Assembly (NCBI GenBank): GCA_964057225.1
Contig: OZ059897.1
Coordinates: 2,666,001 to 2,730,000 of the forward strand
Length of the DNA stretch: 64,000 bases
Source of the DNA: Auanema rhodensis
Lineage: Eukaryota > Animalia > Nematoda
Reading direction: 5' to 3'
Shown: positions 1 through 11,383 of the stretch, piece after piece
How the letters are laid out: each line of letters begins with the position of its first letter
How positions within the stretch are numbered: position 1 is the first letter of the stretch
Made by a program: the position numbers and the translations under genes
Notes under the pieces: generated by a model
Told to the model about the DNA's origin: nothing
Databases searched by the model: none
The model's input: the letters and a program-made list of their open reading frames with translations, nothing else

Positions 1-68
1 ATGCATTATTTTTCAAGCGATCATAACTAATTTTTGTATAGAGCGTTTCTCAATGTAGTATAGTGCAT

Positions 69-135
69 TCGATGCGGATTTTTAAGCTGCGTTGATCTGT
101 GTTATCAGATTTGAGTTAGCTTAAAAATGCACCGA
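69..135. other. Long imperfect inverted repeat (hairpin/cruciform-capable) in the monomer; first copy shown
   Basis: ATTTTTAAGCT (78-88) is the exact reverse complement of AGCTTAAAAAT (118-128). Inner stem ATCTG (95-99)/CAGAT (106-110). Outer extension TCGATGC (69-75)/GCACCGA (129-135) with one mismatch and a GG bulge. Confidence 0.9.
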
Positions 136-317
136 GATATCAACTGATATATGTTCACACTTATATCCTCGATTTTCACCCTGAAGAATTAATTTTTTCG
201 TTGAATAACATTGTCCATCGTCTTCGTCTTGAAAAAAGGAATCTAAAAACATCTACTTTTTGTGAAATTATTCAGAAATTTTTCGGGAAAATTTTTGTCA
301 AAATGTTTTTGGAAGCA

Positions 318-359
318 ATGTTGAGTGTACATGGGAACTCAACATACACTAATGCATTA
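318..359. other. 9-bp stem-loop plus adjacent 10-bp palindrome in the monomer; first copy shown
   Basis: ATGTTGAGT (318-326)/ACTCAACAT (337-345) with a 10-nt loop; perfect palindrome TAATGCATTA at 350-359. Confidence 0.9.
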
Positions 360-503
360 TTTTTCAAACGATCATAACTAATTTTTGTATAGAGCGTTTC
401 TCATTGTAGTATAGTGCATTCGATGCGGATTTTTAAGCTGCGTTGATCTGTGTTATCAGATTTGAGTTAACTTAAAAATGCACCGAGTAATCAACTGATA
501 TAG

Positions 504-2645
504 GTTCACACTTATATCCTCGATTTTCACCCTGAAGAATTAATTTTTTCGTTGAATAACATTGTCCATCGTCTTTGCCTTGGAAAAAGAAATCTAAAAA
601 CTCCTACTTTTTGTGAAATTATTTAGAAATTTTTCGGGAAAATTTTTGTCACAATGTTTTTGGAAGCAATGTTGAGTGTACATGGGAACTCAACATACAC
701 TAATGCATTATTTTTCAAACGATCATAACTAATTTTTGTATTAAGCGTTTCTTAATGTAGTATAGTGCATTCGATGCGGATTTTTAAGCTGCGTTGATCT
801 GTGTTATCAGATTTGAGTTAGCTTAAAAATGCACCGAGATATCAACTGATATATGTTCACACTTATATCCTCGATTTGCACCCTGAAGAAATGATTTTTT
901 CGTTGAATAACATTGTCCATCGTCTTTGTCTTGAAAAAAAAAATCTAAAAACATCTACTTTTTGTGAAACTATTTAGAAATTTTTCGGGAAAATTTTTGT
1001 CAAAATGTTTTTGGAAGCAATGTTGAGTGTACATGGGAACTCAACATACACTAATGCATTATTTTTCAAACGATCATAACTAATTTTTGTATAGAGCGTT
1101 TCTCAATGTCGTATAGTGCATTCGATGCGAATTTTTAAGCTGCGTTGATCTGTCTTATCTGATTTGAGTTAACTTAAAAATGCACCGAGATATCAACTGA
1201 TATAGGTTCACACTTATATCCTCGATTTTCACCCTGAAGAAATGATTTTTTCGTTGAAAAACATTGTCCATCGTCTTCGTCTTGAAAAAAGGAATCTAAA
1301 AACATCTACTTTTTGTGAAATTATTCAGAAATTTTTCGGGAAAATTTTTGTCAAAATGTTTTTGGAAGCAATGTTGAGTGTACATGGGAACTCAACATAC
1401 ACTAATGCATTATTTTTCAAACGATCATAACTAATTTTTGTATGGAGCGTTTCTCAATGTAGTATAGTGCATTCGATGCGGATTTTTAAGCTGCGTTGAT
1501 CTGTGTTATCAGATTTGAGTTAGCTTAAAAATGCACCGAGATATCAACTGATATATGTTCACACTTATATCCTCGATTTTCACCCTGAAGAATTAATTTT
1601 TTCGTTGAATAACATTGTCCATCGTCTTTGCCTTGGAAAAAGAAATCTAAAAACTCCTACTTTTTGTGAAATTATTTAGAAATTTTTCGGGAAAATTTTT
1701 GTCACAATGTTTTTGGAAGCAATGTTGAGTGTACATGGGAACTCAACATACACTAATGCATTATTTTTCAAACGATCATAACTAATTTTTGTATTAAGCG
1801 TTTCTTAATGTAGTATAGTGCATTCGATGCGGATTTTTAAGCTGCGTTGATCTGTGTTATCAGATTTGAGTTAGCTTAAAAATGCACCGAGATATCAACT
1901 GATATATGTTCACACTTATATCCTCGATTTTCACCCTGAAGAAATGATTTTTTCGTTGAATAACATTGTCCATCGTCTTTGTCTTGAAAAAAAAAATCTA
2001 AAAACATCTACTTTTTGTGAAACTATTTAGAAATTTTTCGGGAAAATTTTTGTCAAAATGTTTTTGGAAGCAATGTTGAGTGTACATGGGAACTCAACAT
2101 ACACTAATGCATTATTTTTCAAACGATCATAACTAATTTTTGTATAGAGCGTTTCTCAATGTCGTATAGTGCATTCGATGCGAATTTTTAAGCTGCATTG
2201 ATCTGTCTTATCTGATTTGAGTTAACTTAAAAATGCACCGAGATATCAACTGATATAGGTTCACACTTATATCCTCGATTTTCACCCTGAAGAAATGATT
2301 TTTTCGTTGAAAAACATTGTCCATCGTCTTCGTCTTGAAAAAAGAAATCTAAAAACATCTACTTTTTGTGAAATTATTCAGAAATTTTTCGGGAAAATTT
2401 TTGTCAAAATGTTTTTGGAAGCAATGTTGAGTGTACATGGGAACTCAACATACACTAATGCATTATTTTTCAAACGATCATAACTAATTTTTGTATGGAG
2501 CGTTTCTCAATGTAGTATAGTGCATTCGATGCGGATTTTTAAGCTGCGTTGATCTGTGTTATCAGATTTGAGTTAGCTTAAAAATGCACCGAGATATCAA
2601 CTGATATATGTTCACACTTATATCCTCGATTTTCACCCTGAAGAA
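504..2645. repeat. 3-monomer (1053-bp) higher-order unit, two tandem copies
   Basis: Rare markers TTGCCTTGGAAAAAG, ACTCCTAC, GTATTAAGC, A10 tract, GAAACTATT and TGTCTTATC each recur 1053 bp apart; ORFs at 1242 and 2295. Confidence 0.88.
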
Positions 2646-2799
2646 ATGATTTTTTCGTTGAATAACATTGTCCATCGTCTTCGTCATGAAAAAAGGAATC
2701 TAAAAACATCTACTTTTTGTGAAATTATTTAGAAATTTTTCGGGAAAATTTTTGTCAAAATGTTTTTGGAAGCAATGTTGAGTGTACATGGGAACTCAG

Positions 2800-5700
2800 C
2801 ATACACTAATGCATTATTTTTCAAACGATCATAACTAATTTTTGTATAGAGCGTTTTTCAATGTAGTATAGTGCTGTCGATGCGGATTTTTAAGCTGCGT
2901 TGATCTGTGTTATCAGATTTGAGTTAGCTTAAAAATGCACCGAGATATCAACTGATATATGTTCACGCTTATATCCTCGATTTTCACACTGAAGAAATGA
3001 TTTTTTCGTTGAATAACATTGTCCATCGTCTTCGTCTTGAAAAAAGGAATCTAAAAACATCTACTTTTTGTGAAATTATTTAGAAATTTTTCGGAAAAAT
3101 TTTTGTCAAAATGTTTTTGGAAGCAATGTTGACTGTACATGGGAACTCAACATACACTAATGCATTATTTTTCAAACGATCATAACTAATTTTTGTATAG
3201 AGCGTTTCTCAATGTAGTATAGTGCATTCGATGCGGATTTTTAAGCTGCGTTGAGCTGTGTTATCAGATTTGAGTTAACTTAAAAATGCACCGAGATATC
3301 AACTGATATATGTTCACACTTATATCCTCGATTTTCTTCCTGAAGAAATGATTTTTTCGTTGAAAAACATTGTCCATCGTATTCGTCTTGAAAAAAGGAA
3401 TCTAAAAACATCTACTTTTTGTGAAATTAATTAGAAAATTTTCGGGAAAATTTTTGTCAAAATGTTTTTGGAAGCAATGTTGAGTGTACATGGGAACTCA
3501 ACATACACTAATGCATTATTTTTCGAACGATCATAACTAATTTTTGTATAGAGCGTTTCTCATTGTAGTATAGTGCATTCGATGCGGATTTTTAAGCTGC
3601 GTTGATCTGTGTTATCAGATTTGAGTTAACTTAAAAGTGCACCGAGATATCAACTGATATAGGTTCACACTTATATCCTCGATTTTCACCCTGAAGAAAT
3701 GATTTTTTCGTTGAAAAACAGTGTCCATCGTCTTCGTCTTGAAAAAAGGAATCTAAAAACATCTACTTTTTGTGAAATTATTTAGAAATTTTTCGGGAAA
3801 ATTTTTGTCAAAATGTTTTTGGAAGCAATGTTGAGTGTACATGGGAACTCAACATACACTAATGCATTATTTTTCAAACGATCATAACTAATTTTTGTAT
3901 GGAGCGTTTCTCAATGTAGTATAGTGCATTCGATGCGGATTTTTAAGCTGCGTTGATCTGTGTTATCAGATTTGCGCTAGCTTAAAAATGCACCGAGTAA
4001 TCAACTGATATAGGTTCACACTTATATCCTCGATTTTCACCCTGAAGAATTAATTTTTTCGTTGAATAACATTGTCCATCGTCTTTGCGTTGAAAAAAGG
4101 AATCTAAAAACATCTACTTTTTGTGAAATTATTTAGAAATTTTTCGGAAAAATTTTTGTCAAAATGTTTTTGGAAGCAATGTTGACTGTACATGGGAACT
4201 CAACATACACTAATGCATTATTTTTCAAACGATCATAACTAATTTTTGTATAGAGCGTTTTTCAATGTAGTATAGTGCTGTCGATGCGGATTTTTAAGCT
4301 GCGTTGATCTGTGTTATCAGATTTGAGTTAGCTTAAAAATGCACCGAGATATCAACTGATATATGTTCACGCTTATATCCTCGATTTTCACACTGAAGAA
4401 ATGATTTTTTCGTTGAATAACATTGTCCATCGTCTTCGTCTTGAAAAAAGGAATCTAAAAACATCTACTTTTTGTGAAATTATTTAGAAATTTTTCGGAA
4501 AAATTTTTGTCAAAATGTTTTTGGAAGCAATGTTGACTGTACATGGGAACTCAACATACACTAATGCATTATTTTTCAAACGATCATAACTAATTTTTGT
4601 ATAGAGCGTTTCTCAATGTAGTATAGTGCATTCGATGCGGATTTTTAAGCTGCGTTGAGCTGTGTTATCAGATTTGAGTTAACTTAAAAATGCACCGAGA
4701 TATCAACTGATATATGTTCACACTTATATCCTCGATTTTCTTCCTGAAGAAATGATTTTTTCGTTGAAAAACATTGTCCATCGTATTCGTCTTGAAAAAA
4801 GGAATCTAAAAACATCTACTTTTTGTGAAATTAATTAGAAAATTTTCGGGAAAATTTTTGTCAAAATGTTTTTGGAAGCAATGTTGAGTGTACATGGGAA
4901 CTCAACATACACTAATGCATTATTTTTCGAACGATCATAACTAATTTTTGTATAGAGCGTTTCTCATTGTAGTATAGTGCATTCGATGCGGATTTTTAAG
5001 CTGCGTTGATCTGTGTTATCAGATTTGAGTTAACTTAAAAGTGCACCGAGATATCAACTGATATAGGTTCACACTTATATCCTCGATTTTCACCCTGAAG
5101 AAATGATTTTTTCGTTGAAAAACAGTGTCCATCGTCTTCGTCTTGAAAAAAGGAATCTAAAAACATCTACTTTTTGTGAAATTATTTAGAAATTTTTCGG
5201 GAAAATTTTTGTCAAAATGTTTTTGGAAGCAATGTTGAGTGTACATGGGAACTCAACATACACTAATGCATTATTTTTCAAACGATCATAACTAATTTTT
5301 GTATGGAGCGTTTCTCAATGTAGTATAGTGCATTCGATGCGGATTTTTAAGCTGCGTTGATCTGTGTTATCAGATTTGCGCTAGCTTAAAAATGCACCGA
5401 GTAATCAACTGATATAGGTTCACACTTATATCCTCGATTTTCACCCTGAAGAATTAATTTTTTCGTTGAATAACATTGTCCATCGTCTTTGCGTTGAAAA
5501 AAGGAATCTAAAAACATCTACTTTTTGTGAAATTATTTAGAAATTTTTCGGAAAAATTTTTGTCAAAATGTTTTTGGAAGCAATGTTGACTGTACATGGG
5601 AACTCAACATACACTAATGCATTATTTTTCAAACGATCATAACTAATTTTTGTATAGAGCGTTTTTCAATGTAGTATAGTGCTGTCGATGCGGATTTTTA

Positions 5701-8310
5701 AGCTGCGTTGATCTGTGTTATCAGATTTGAGTTAGCTTAAAAATGCACCGAGATATCAACTGATATATGTTCACGCTTATATCCTCGATTTTCACACTGA
5801 AGAAATGATTTTTTCGTTGAATAACATTGTCCATCGTCTTCGTCTTGAAAAAAGGAATCTAAAAACATCTACTTTTTGTGAAATTATTTAGAAATTTTTC
5901 GGAAAAATTTTTGTCAAAATGTTTTTGGAAGCAATGTTGACTGTACATGGGAACTCAACATACACTAATGCATTATTTTTCAAACGATCATAACTAATTT
6001 TTGTATAGAGCGTTTCTCAATGTAGTATAGTGCATTCGATGCGGATTTTTAAGCTGCGTTGAGCTGTGTTATCAGATTTGAGTTAACTTAAAAATGCACC
6101 GAGATATCAACTGATATATGTTCACACTTATATCCTCGATTTTCTTCCTGAAGAAATGATTTTTTCGTTGAAAAACATTGTCCATCGTATTCGTCTTGAA
6201 AAAAGGAATCTAAAAACATCTACTTTTTGTGAAATTAATTAGAAAATTTTCGGGAAAATTTTTGTCAAAATGTTTTTGGAAGCAATGTTGAGTGTACATG
6301 GGAACTCAACATACACTAATGCATTATTTTTCGAACGATCATAACTAATTTTTGTATAGAGCGTTTCTCATTGTAGTATAGTGCATTCGATGCGGATTTT
6401 TAAGCTGCGTTGATCTGTGTTATCAGATTTGAGTTAACTTAAAAATGCACCGAGATATCAACTGATATAGGTTCACACTTATATCCTCGATTTTCACCCT
6501 GAAGAAATGATTTTTTCGTTGAAAAACAGTGTCCATCGTCTTCGTCTTGAAAAAAGGAATCTAAAAACATCTACTTTTTGTGAAATTATTTAGAAATTTT
6601 TCGGGAAAATTTTTGTCAAAATGTTTTTGGAAGCAATGTTGAGTGTACATGGGAACTCAACATACACTAATGCATTATTTTTCAAACGATCATAACTAAT
6701 TTTTGTATGGAGCGTTTCTCAATGTAGTATAGTGCATTCGATGCGGATTTTTAAGCTGCGTTGATCTGTGTTATCAGATTTGCGCTAGCTTAAAAATGCA
6801 CCGAGTAATCAACTGATATAGGTTCACACTTATATCCTCGATTTTCACCCTGAAGAATTAATTTTTTCGTTGAATAACATTGTCCATCGTCTTTGCGTTG
6901 AAAAAAGGAATCTAAAAACATCTACTTTTTGTGAAATTATTTAGAAATTTTTCGGAAAAATTTTTGTCAAAATGTTTTTGGAAGCAATGTTGACTGTACA
7001 TGGGAACTCAACATACACTAATGCATTATTTTTCAAACGATCATAACTAATTTTTGTATAGAGCGTTTCTCAATGTAGTATAGTGCATTCGATGCGGATT
7101 TTTAAGCTGCGTTGAGCTGTGTTATCAGATTTGAGTTAACTTAAAAATGCACCGAGATATCAACTGATATATGTTCACACTTATATCCTCGATTTTCTTC
7201 CTGAAGAAATGATTTTTTCGTTGAATAACATTGTCCATCGTCTTCGTCTTGAAAAAAGGAATCTAAAAACATCTACTTTTTGTGAAATTATTTAGAAATT
7301 TTTCGGAAAAATTTTTGTCAAAATGTTTTTGGAAGCAATGTTGACTGTACATGGGAACTCAACATACACTAATGCATTATTTTTCAAACGATCATAACTA
7401 ATTTTTGTATAGAGCGTTTCTCAATGTAGTATAGTGCATTCGATGCGGATTTTTAAGCTGCGTTGAGCTGTGTTATCAGATTTGAGTTAACTTAAAAATG
7501 CACCGAGATATCAACTGATATATGTTCACACTTATATCCTCGATTTTCTTCCTGAAGAAATGATTTTTTCGTTGAAAAACATTGTCCATCGTATTCGTCT
7601 TGAAAAAAGGAATCTAAAAACATCTACTTTTTGTGAAATTAATTAGAAAATTTTCGGGAAAATTTTTGTCAAAATGTTTTTGGAAGCAATGTTGAGTGTA
7701 CATGGGAACTCAACATACACTAATGCATTATTTTTCGAACGATCATAACTAATTTTTGTATAGAGCGTTTCTCATTGTAGTATAGTGCATTCGATGCGGA
7801 TTTTTAAGCTGCGTTGATCTGTGTTATCAGATTTGAGTTAACTTAAAAATGCACCGAGATATCAACTGATATAGGTTCACACTTATATCCTCGATTTTCA
7901 CCCTGAAGAAATGATTTTTTCGTTGAAAAACAGTGTCCATCGTCTTCGTCTTGAAAAAAGGAATCTAAAAACATCTACTTTTTGTGAAATTATTTAGAAA
8001 TTTTTCGGGAAAATTTTTGTCAAAATGTTTTTGGAAGCAATGTTGAGTGTACATGGGAACTCAACATACACTAATGCATTATTTTTCAAACGATCATAAC
8101 TAATTTTTGTATGGAGCGTTTCTCAATGTAGTATAGTGCATTCGATGCGGATTTTTAAGCTGCGTTGATCTGTGTTATCAGATTTGCGCTAGCTTAAAAA
8201 TGCACCGAGTAATCAACTGATATAGGTTCACACTTATATCCTCGATTTTCACCCTGAAGAATTAATTTTTTCGTTGAATAACATTGTCCATCGTCTTTGC
8301 GTTGAAAAAA
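2800..8310. repeat. 4-monomer (1404-bp) higher-order repeat, about 4 copies
   Basis: AACAGTGTCC near 3717, 5121, 6525, 7929 and TTGCGCTAGC...GAGTAATC near 3972, 5376, 6780, 8184, all spaced 1404 bp. In the last copy the monomer near 7020-7370 is a recombinant replacement. Confidence 0.9.
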
Positions 8311-8377
8311 GAAATCTAAAAACATCTACTTTTTGTGAAATTATTCAGAAATTTTTCGGGAAAATTTTTGTCACAAT

Positions 8378-11300
8378 GTTTTTGGAAGCAATGTTGAGTG
8401 TACATGGGAACTCAACATACACTAATGCATTATTTTTCAAACGATCATAACTAATTTTTGTATAGAGCGTTTCTCATTGTAGTATAGTGCATTCGATGCG
8501 GATTTTTAAGCTGCGTTGATCTGTGTTATCAGATTTGAGTTAACTTAAAAATGCACCGAGTAATCAACTGATATAGGTTCACACTTATATCCTCGATTTT
8601 CACCCTGAAGAATTAATTTTTTCGTTGAATAACATTGTCCATCGTCTTTGCCTTGGAAAAAGAAATCTAAAAACTCCTACTTTTTGTGAAATTATTTAGA
8701 AATTTTTCGGGAAAATTTTTGTCACAATGTTTTTGGAAGCAATGTTGAGTGTACATGGGAACTCAACATACACTAATGCATTATTTTTCAAACGATCATA
8801 ACTAATTTTTGTATTAAGCGTTTCTTAATGTAGTATAGTGCATTCGATGCGGATTTTTAAGCTGCGTTGATCTGTGTTATCAGATTTGAGTTAGCTTAAA
8901 AATGCACCGAGATATCAACTGATATATGTTCACACTTATATCCTCGATTTTCACCCTGAAGAAATGATTTTTTCGTTGAATAACATTGTCCATCGTCTTT
9001 GTCTTGAAAAAAAAAATCTAAAAACATCTACTTTTTGTGAAACTATTTAGAAATTTTTCGGGAAAATTTTTGTCAAAATGTTTTTGGAAGCAATGTTGAG
9101 TGTACATGGGAACTCAACATACACTAATGCATTATTTTTCAAACGATCATAACTAATTTTTGTATAGAGCGTTTCTCAATGTCGTATAGTGCATTCGATG
9201 CGAATTTTTAAGCTGCGTTGATCTGTCTTATCTGATTTGAGTTAACTTAAAAATGCACCGAGATATCAACTGATATAGGTTCACACTTATATCCTCGATT
9301 TTCACCCTGAAGAAATGATTTTTTCGTTGAAAAACATTGTCCATCGTCTTCGTCTTGAAAAAAGGAATCTAAAAACATCTACTTTTTGTGAAATTATTCA
9401 GAAATTTTTCGGGAAAATTTTTGTCAAAATGTTTTTGGAAGCAATGTTGAGTGTACATGGGAACTCAACATACACTAATGCATTATTTTTCAAACGATCA
9501 TAACTAATTTTTGTATGGAGCGTTTCTCAATGTAGTATAGTGCATTCGATGCGGATTTTTAAGCTGCGTTGATCTGTGTTATCAGATTTGAGTTAGCTTA
9601 AAAATGCACCGAGATATCAACTGATATATGTTCACACTTATATCCTCGATTTTCACCCTGAAGAATTAATTTTTTCGTTGAATAACATTGTCCATCGTCT
9701 TTGCCTTGGAAAAAGAAATCTAAAAACTCCTACTTTTTGTGAAATTATTTAGAAATTTTTCGGGAAAATTTTTGTCACAATGTTTTTGGAAGCAATGTTG
9801 AGTGTACATGGGAACTCAACATACACTAATGCATTATTTTTCAAACGATCATAACTAATTTTTGTATTAAGCGTTTCTTAATGTAGTATAGTGCATTCGA
9901 TGCGGATTTTTAAGCTGCGTTGATCTGTGTTATCAGATTTGAGTTAGCTTAAAAATGCACCGAGATATCAACTGATATATGTTCACACTTATATCCTCGA
10001 TTTTCACCCTGAAGAAATGATTTTTTCGTTGAATAACATTGTCCATCGTCTTTGTCTTGAAAAAAAAAATCTAAAAACATCTACTTTTTGTGAAACTATT
10101 TAGAAATTTTTCGGGAAAATTTTTGTCAAAATGTTTTTGGAAGCATTGTTGAGTGTACATGGGAACTCAACATACACTAATGCATTATTTTTCAAACGAT
10201 CATAACTAATTTTTGTATAGAGCGTTTCTCAATGTCGTATAGTGCATTCGATGCGAATTTTTAAGCTGCGTTGATCTGTCTTATCTGATTTGAGTTAACT
10301 TAAAAATGCACCGAGATATCAACTGATATAGGTTCACACTTATATCCTCGATTTTCACCCTGAAGAAATGATTTTTTCGTTGAAAAACATTGTCCATCGT
10401 CTTCGTCTTGAAAAAAGGAATCTAAAAACATCTACTTTTTGTGAAATTATTCAGAAATTTTTCGGGAAAATTTTTGTCAAAATGTTTTTGGAAGCAATGT
10501 TGAGTGTACATGGGAACTCAACATACACTAATGCATTATTTTTCAAACGATCATAACTAATTTTTGTATGGAGCGTTTCTCAATGTAGTATAGTGCATTC
10601 GATGCGGATTTTTAAGCTGCGTTGATCTGTGTTATCAGATTTGAGTTAGCTTAAAAATGCACCGAGATATCAACTGATATATGTTCACACTTATATCCTC
10701 GATTTTCACCCTGAAGAAATGATTTTTTCGTTGAATAACATTGTCCATCGTCTTCGTCTTGAAAAAAGGAATCTAAAAACATCTACTTTTTGTGAAATTA
10801 TTCAGAAATTTTTCGGGAAAATTTTTGTCAAAATGTTTTTGGAAGCAATGTTGAGTGTACATGGGAACTCAGCATACACTAATGCATTATTTTTCAAACG
10901 ATCATAACTAATTTTTGTATAGAGCGTTTTTCAATGTAGTATAGTGCTGTCGATGCGGATTTTTAAGCTGCGTTGATCTGTGTTATCAGATTTGAGTTAG
11001 CTTAAAAATGCACCGAGATATCAACTGATATATGTTCACGCTTATATCCTCGATTTTCACACTGAAGAAATGATTTTTTCGTTGAATAACATTGTCCATC
11101 GTCTTCGTCTTGAAAAAAGGAATCTAAAAACATCTACTTTTTGTGAAATTATTTAGAAATTTTTCGGAAAAATTTTTGTCAAAATGTTTTTGGAAGCAAT
11201 GTTGACTGTACATGGGAACTCAACATACACTAATGCATTATTTTTCAAACGATCATAACTAATTTTTGTATAGAGCGTTTCTCAATGTAGTATAGTGCAT

Positions 11301-11383
11301 TCGATGCGGATTTTTAAGCTGCGTTGAGCTGTGTTATCAGATTTGAGTTAACTTAAAAATGCACCGAGATATCAACTGATATA
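8378..11383. repeat. Second copy of the ~305-3310 block (offset 8073 bp = 23 monomers)
   Basis: ORFs 1242->9315 and 2295->10368; the doubled 3-mer and following GTTTTTCA, GCTGTCGA and TTGAGCTG markers recur in the same order with few private differences. Confidence 0.87.

Noticed and set aside
318-345. CTCAAC/CTCAGC allele as a compensatory G-U change implying RNA-level selection on the 9-bp stem
   Set aside because: A single transition is weak evidence, and other spreading alleles (TTGACTG, TTAAGT) break the same stem.
1-351. Monomer as an ancient dimer of ~175 bp
   Set aside because: Only a faint resemblance (TTTTTC...ATAAC near 10-27 and 194-209); not distinguishable by eye from AT-rich chance similarity.
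1-351. Assignment to a named family (e.g. tenebrionid beetle ~350-360 bp satellites or Drosophila 359-bp satellite)
   Set aside because: Only length and AT content are similar; I do not recognise the sequence, and a database search is needed.
1249-1265. CENP-B-box-like TTTCGTTGAAAA
   Set aside because: Resembles the 5' part of YTTCGTTGGAARCGGGA, but the essential CGGG is absent (ACATT follows), so it is not a canonical box.
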